32,000 nt of DNA from positions 1,470,001 through 1,502,000 of the forward strand of contig NZ_LN831024.1 of assembly GCF_001457615.1 (NCBI RefSeq). Direction: 5' to 3'. This DNA is from Pseudomonas aeruginosa (lineage in GTDB: Bacteria > Pseudomonadota > Gammaproteobacteria > Pseudomonadales > Pseudomonadaceae). Below the pieces are notes generated by a model. That model had not been told where the DNA came from. It saw only the letters and a program-made list of their open reading frames with translations, and ran no database searches. Made by a program: the position numbers and the translations under genes. Position 1 is the first letter of the stretch. Each line of letters begins with the position of its first letter. This document shows positions 27,815 to 32,000 of this stretch, piece by piece.

Positions 27815-28101
27815 ACCGGGCGGCGAGCCTGGCCATCGAGCTGGCGGACGTGGACAGCGCCGCGCGCTTGCACGAACGCCTGCGCGAGGCCCTGGCGTTG
27901 CCGCCGTGGTACGGATGCAACTGGGATGCCTTCTGGGACGCCATCAGCGGCCTGGTGCCGATGCCCCGGCGATTGCGTCTGCAAGGCTGGAGCGACTTCG
28001 CCCGGCGCCTGCCGGAGGAAGCGGCGCAGCTTTCGGTCTGCCTGGAGGCGTTGCGCGAGACGTACCCGCAACTGGCGCCGGAAGTCCTGCGCGACGCTTG
28101 A
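27799..28101 (+). CDS. Barstar-family (ribonuclease inhibitor-like) protein
   Basis: The ATG at 27799 follows GGCGGAGG, is internal to track ORF 27709..28101, and overlaps the LysR stop by 16 nt. 100 aa. LHERLREALALPPWYGCNWDAFWDAISGLV aligns with the barstar core [30 protein letters not shown]. Confidence 0.8.
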   Translation: MDEELNRAASLAIELADVDSAARLHERLREALALPPWYGCNWDAFWDAISGLVPMPRRLRLQGWSDFARRLPEEAAQLSVCLEALRETYPQLAPEVLRDA

Positions 28102-28881
28102 TCAGTCCCAGCCGAACAGCTCGGCGGCGTTGCGGCTGCTGCTCGCCGCCAGTTCCTCGGCGTCGACCCCGCGCAGCTCGGCGAGGGCGCGGCAGATGTC
28201 CGGCAGGTGCTCCGGACTGTTGCGCTGGCCGGGATGCATCGATGGCGCCATGTCCGGCGCATCGGTTTCCAGCACGATGGCCTCGGCCGGCAGCTCCGCC
28301 GCCACCTTGCGCAGGCGGTTGGCCTGCGGCCAGGTCGGCGCGCCGCCGAGGCCGAGGCGGAAGCCGAGCTTGAGGTACTCGCGGGCTTCCTCGCGGCTGC
28401 CGGCGAAGGCATGGATGATGCCACGGCGCTCCAGGCGGATGCGCTTGAGGGTGGCGATGGTCGCCGCGTGGGCGCGGCGCACGTGGATCAGCGCCGGCAG
28501 GCGGAATTCCGCGGCTAGCCGCAGTTGGGCCTCGAACAGCGCCTGCTGGGCGTCGCGGTCGAGGTGTTCCAGGTAGTAGTCCAGGCCGATCTCGCCGACC
28601 GCGCAGAGCTTCGTCTCGCCGCGCAGGCGTTGCAGCCACTGGCGCAGGTCGTCCAGGTGCTGCGGGCGGTGCCGCGCCAGGTAGACGGGGTGCAGGCCGA
28701 GCGCCGCGTACAGGCCATCCTCGGCCTGCGCCAGGTCCCAGACCCGTTGCCAGTTCTCGCGGTAGACGCCGAGCACCACCTGGCGCTCGACCCCCAGCGC
28801 GCGGCTGCGTTGCAGCAGCGCGGCGCGGTCGGCGTCGAAGTCCGGGAAGTCGAGGTGGTTGTGGGTGTCGACCAGGCGCAT
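28102..28881 (-). CDS. TatD-family metal-dependent hydrolase/deoxyribonuclease
   Basis: 259 aa. MRLVDTHNHLDFPDF carries the HxH metal motif, with GEIGLDY, VIHVR-type (LIHVRRAH), HAFAGS and LETDAPDM also present. Confidence 0.9.
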   Translation of the reverse strand: MRLVDTHNHLDFPDFDADRAALLQRSRALGVERQVVLGVYRENWQRVWDLAQAEDGLYAALGLHPVYLARHRPQHLDDLRQWLQRLRGETKLCAVGEIGLDYYLEHLDRDAQQALFEAQLRLAAEFRLPALIHVRRAHAATIATLKRIRLERRGIIHAFAGSREEAREYLKLGFRLGLGGAPTWPQANRLRKVAAELPAEAIVLETDAPDMAPSMHPGQRNSPEHLPDICRALAELRGVDAEELAASSSRNAAELFGWD

Positions 28882-28891
28882 GGCGGCCGGC

Positions 28892-29881
28892 TCAGTCGCG
28901 CAGCTTGAGTTGCCGGGGGACGGCGTGCAGGCCCGGCCGGTAGTCGTTCTCCTCGACCGCGCGGAGCGCCAGTTCGAGGGCGTTGGCGGCGATCAGCGCG
29001 TGCTGCTGGTAGATCGAGTTGACCTTCAGCGGCACGAAGTCGAGCAACTGGGTGTCGCCGAAGGTCGCCACCCGCAAGCCTTCGGGCCAACCGTCGGCGC
29101 GCGCCTGGAACACATCGAAGACGCCTTCGAGGAGTACATAGGCAGTGGTCACCAGGGCGTCGGGCAGGTAGCCCAGGCGCTCGAGCAATTGCTCCATCAG
29201 GCGGCGTCCGCACTCGCGGCTGAACACCTCGGCATGCTCGACGATGACCTCGCCGCGGAAGTCCTTCAGCGCCTGGCGGAAGCCGGCGGCGCGGTCGTGG
29301 CTGATGATCAGGTCCGCCCGCGCGCCGAGCAGGGCGATATGGCGCGGCGCCGGTTGCAACAGGGTTTCGGTGAGGCGGCGCGCGGCGTCCTGGTCGTCGC
29401 TGATCACCGAGGCGAAGCGCTGCGGGTCGAGCTGGCGGTCGATGGCCACCACCGGCAGGCCTTCGGCGACCAGCCGGGCATGGGTATCATCCCCGGCCGG
29501 CAGGCAACTGGCGACGATCAGCGCGTCGCAGCGGCGCGCGCGGAACAGGTTGACCACCTGGCGCTCGGTCTCCGGCTCGTCGTCGGAGCAGGCGATCAGC
29601 AACTGGTAGCCGCGCGCCCGGGCGCCTTGTTCGAGTTGCTTGGCGAGGCGGGCGTAGCTGGGGTTTTCCAGGTCCGGGAGGATGAAGCCGAGGGTGCGGG
29701 TCTGCCCGCGGCGCAGGCCGGCGGCCTGCTGGTCCGGCTGGTAGCCGTGTTCCTCGACCACGGCAAGCACGCGCTCGACGGTGGCGGCGCTGATGCGCCG
29801 CTGGGCGGCCTTGCCATTGATGACGTAGCTGGCGGTGGTCACCGAGACCCCGGCCAGGCGGGCGATATCACTGAGTTTCAA
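28892..29881 (-). CDS. fruR: LacI-family fructose repressor FruR (Cra-like)
   Basis: Track ORF 28892..29920 has no ATG start. The TTG at 29881 gives [31 protein letters not shown], which aligns exactly with the E. coli Cra N-terminus [31 protein letters not shown]. An alternative TTG at 29920 would add 13 codons. Confidence 0.88.
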   Translation of the reverse strand: [329 protein letters not shown]

Positions 29882-29959
29882 ACCGATCTCTACTGGAGGC
29901 GACGACAAGTTGGGCTTCAAGGATCAATCATTATCGGGTAACGTGCCAATTTAATTAAG

Positions 29960-29971
29960 TGAATCGATTCA
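29960..29971. promoter_or_regulatory. FruR/Cra operator candidate in the fruR-fruI divergent region
   Basis: TGAATCGATTCA is a perfect 12-bp palindrome in the context AGTGAATCGATTCAGC, matching the Cra box core GCTGAAWCGWTTCAGC. It lies between the fruR start and the fruI start. Confidence 0.8.
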
Positions 29972-30208
29972 GCAAAAGATTCCGGCGAAGCCGGCGCCCC
30001 CTGCCCCAGGCTGCCTCGCGCAGCCCGAACGCGGCGCCGCCTACGCTATGGCAGGTCAATGACAACAAGCGGATCACCGCCCCAGGCTGTACGGAAGGCT
30101 CCCGCGAGCCGCTTTCCGCTACCGCCGGCACATCCCGCGCCCGCGCCTCGGCGCGGCGGGACGATCCGGACGTGAGACGGGGAGCCGTTCGCTCCTGAGG
30201 AGGTTTCC

Positions 30209-32000
30209 ATGCTCGAACTCGATACCCGGCAGATCCGCATGGGCCAGCGCGCCGCGGACAAGGCCGAAGCCCTGCGCCTGCTCGGCGCGGCGCTGGTCGC
30301 CGACGGCCTGGCCGCGCCCGGCTATGCCGAGGGCCTGAAGGCGCGCGAGGCACAAGGCTCCACCTACCTCGGCCAGGGCATCGCCATACCCCATGGGACC
30401 CCGGATACCCGCGAGCTGGTCTTCAGCACCGGTGTGCGCCTGCTGCAATTCCCCGAGGGAGTGGACTGGGGCGATGGCCAGCAGGTCTACCTGGCCATCG
30501 GCATCGCGGCGAAGTCCGACGAACACCTGCAGCTCCTGCAATTGCTCACCCGCGCCCTCGGCGAGGCCGACCTGGGACCGGCGCTGAGCGCGGCCGCCAG
30601 CGCCGAGGAAGTCCTCGGCCTGTTGCAGGGCGCGCCGCAGGAACTGGCGCTGGACGCACAACTGGTCGGCCTCGGCCAGAACGCCGAGGACCTCGACGAA
30701 CTGGCCTGGCTCGGCGCGCGCCTGTTGAAGAAGGCCGGCTGCGTGGAGAACGGCTTCGCCGCCGTGCTCCAGCAGACTGAACCGTTGCCGCTGGGCGACG
30801 GGCTGTGCTGGTTGCACAGCGAACAATTGGTGAAGCGCCCCGGGCTGGCCTTCGTCACTCCGGCGCAACCGTTGCAGCACCAGGGGCAACTGGTCACCGG
30901 GCTGTTCTGCCTGGCCAGCCTGGGCGAAGCGCACCAGGCGCTGCTCGAACGCCTGTGCGACCTGTTGCTGGAAGGGCGTGGCGCCGAGCTGGTGCGCGCC
31001 ACCAGCAGCCGCAGCGTACTCGCGGCGCTCGGTGGCGAGCTGCCGCCGGACTGGCCCAGCGCGCGAGCGGTCCTGGCCAACCCGCATGGCCTGCATGCCC
31101 GCCCGGCGCAGGCGCTGGCGCAGCTGGCCAAGGGTTTCGCCGGCGAGATCCGGGTACGCCTGGCCGACAGCGAGGCGGCCCCCGTCTCGGCGAAGAGCCT
31201 GAGCAAGCTGCTCGCCCTCGGCGCGCGACGCGGCCAGACGCTGGAGTTCAGCGCCGAGCCGGCGATCGCCGAGGACGCGCTGCCAGCCTTGCTGGCCGCG
31301 GTGCGCGAGGGGCTCGGCGAGGAGGTCGAAGCGCTGGCGGAGGAGGCCTTGCCCGATGCCGTCGGCGAGGCGGAAGAGGATGCCCGGCCGGCGCCGCTGC
31401 GCGCCGGCGAGCGCCTGCAGGCAATCGCCGCGTCGCCGGGCATCGCCAGTGGTCCGGCGCATGTCCAGGTGGCGCAGCGCTTCGAGTTCCAGCCGCGCGG
31501 CGAGTCGCCGGCCCATGAACGCGAGCGCCTGCTGCGGGCCAAGCGGGCGGTGGACGAGGAGATCGTCGGCCTGGTCGAACGCAGCACGGTGAAGGCGATC
31601 CGCGAGATTTTCGTCACCCACCGGGAGATGCTCGACGATCCGGAACTGGCCGAGCAGGTGCAACTGCGCCTGAATCGCGGCGAAAGCGCCGAAGCGGCCT
31701 GGAGTCGGGTGGTGGAAGACAGCGCGGCGCAACAGGAGGCGCTGCACGACGCGCTGCTCGCCGAGCGCGCCGCCGACCTCCGCGACCTCGGCCGGCGGGT
31801 GCTGGCCAGGCTCTGCGGGGTGGAGGCGCCGCGCGAGCCGGAGCAGCCGTACATCCTGGTGATGGACGAGGTCGGCCCCTCCGATGTCGCCCGCCTCGAC
31901 GCCCAGCGGGTCGCCGGCATCCTCACGGCGCGCGGCGGCGCCACTTCGCACAGCGCGATCATCGCCCGCGCCCTCGGCATTCCGGCATTGGTCGGCGCCG
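30209..32000 (+). CDS. fruI: Fructose PTS multiphosphoryl transfer protein (EIIA-Fru / HPr-like FPr / Enzyme I fusion); 3' end lies outside the window
   Basis: This ORF is not in the track because it runs off the window. The ATG at 30209 follows GAGGAGG (30197-30203). My translation is [33 protein letters not shown]...GIAIPHGT (PTS EIIA type 2), then [19 protein letters not shown] (HPr His site), then ...[26 protein letters not shown] (Enzyme I active-site His). Confidence 0.92.
   Translation, partial: MLELDTRQIRMGQRAADKAEALRLLGAALVADGLAAPGYAEGLKAREAQGSTYLGQGIAIPHGTPDTRELVFSTGVRLLQFPEGVDWGDGQQVYLAIGIAAKSDEHLQLLQLLTRALGEADLGPALSAAASAEEVLGLLQGAPQELALDAQLVGLGQNAEDLDELAWLGARLLKKAGCVENGFAAVLQQTEPLPLGDGLCWLHSEQLVKRPGLAFVTPAQPLQHQGQLVTGLFCLASLGEAHQALLERLCDLLLEGRGAELVRATSSRSVLAALGGELPPDWPSARAVLANPHGLHARPAQALAQLAKGFAGEIRVRLADSEAAPVSAKSLSKLLALGARRGQTLEFSAEPAIAEDALPALLAAVREGLGEEVEALAEEALPDAVGEAEEDARPAPLRAGERLQAIAASPGIASGPAHVQVAQRFEFQPRGESPAHERERLLRAKRAVDEEIVGLVERSTVKAIREIFVTHREMLDDPELAEQVQLRLNRGESAEAAWSRVVEDSAAQQEALHDALLAERAADLRDLGRRVLARLCGVEAPREPEQPYILVMDEVGPSDVARLDAQRVAGILTARGGATSHSAIIARALGIPALVGA

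Noticed and set aside
26877-28639. 515-aa (26877..28424) and 231-aa (27944..28639) minus-strand ORFs, and 294-aa 26834..27718
   Set aside because: They are antisense or off-frame to the LysR, barstar-like and TatD genes. The products are extremely Arg/Pro/Ala-rich and lack domain features.
30119-31980. 610-aa and 497-aa minus-strand ORFs
   Set aside because: They are antisense to the fruI multidomain PTS gene, whose EIIA, HPr and EI active-site motifs are all readable on the plus strand.

Overview
GC-rich Pseudomonas aeruginosa-type chromosomal segment. Gene content and order match, from memory, the PAO1 PA3589 to PA3562 region. It holds a thiolase (partial), an OprD-family porin, metR, an alpha/beta hydrolase, the glycerol regulon (glpM, glpD, glpR, glpK, glpF), ybaK, a second glycerol-kinase paralog and a PhzF-family protein. 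It continues with cytochrome b561, a CopZ-like copper chaperone, nalD, a Bcr/CflA-type MFS pump, mmsR-mmsAB, an acyl-CoA synthetase, an MDR oxidoreductase plus ABM monooxygenase with a divergent LysR regulator, a barstar-like protein, TatD, fruR and the 5' part of fruI. The non-housekeeping part is an accessory patch at about 13.2-16.0 kb. It contains a 104-aa hypothetical ORF, then an AT-richer leader, then a canonical type I-F CRISPR array of 14 identical 28-bp repeats and 14 unique 32-bp spacers. No cas gene lies anywhere in the 32 kb. The 15th repeat is cut off inside its hairpin loop. The trailer is replaced by three tandem composite REP/REPIN-bearing units separated by partial CRISPR-repeat fragments. 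An inverted copy of the same REPIN sits upstream, so the ORF plus array is bracketed by inverted repeats. Several palindromic operator candidates are visible: GlpR, a MerR/CueR-type promoter and FruR/Cra. Many long antisense ORFs in the track are high-GC shadow frames and were rejected.
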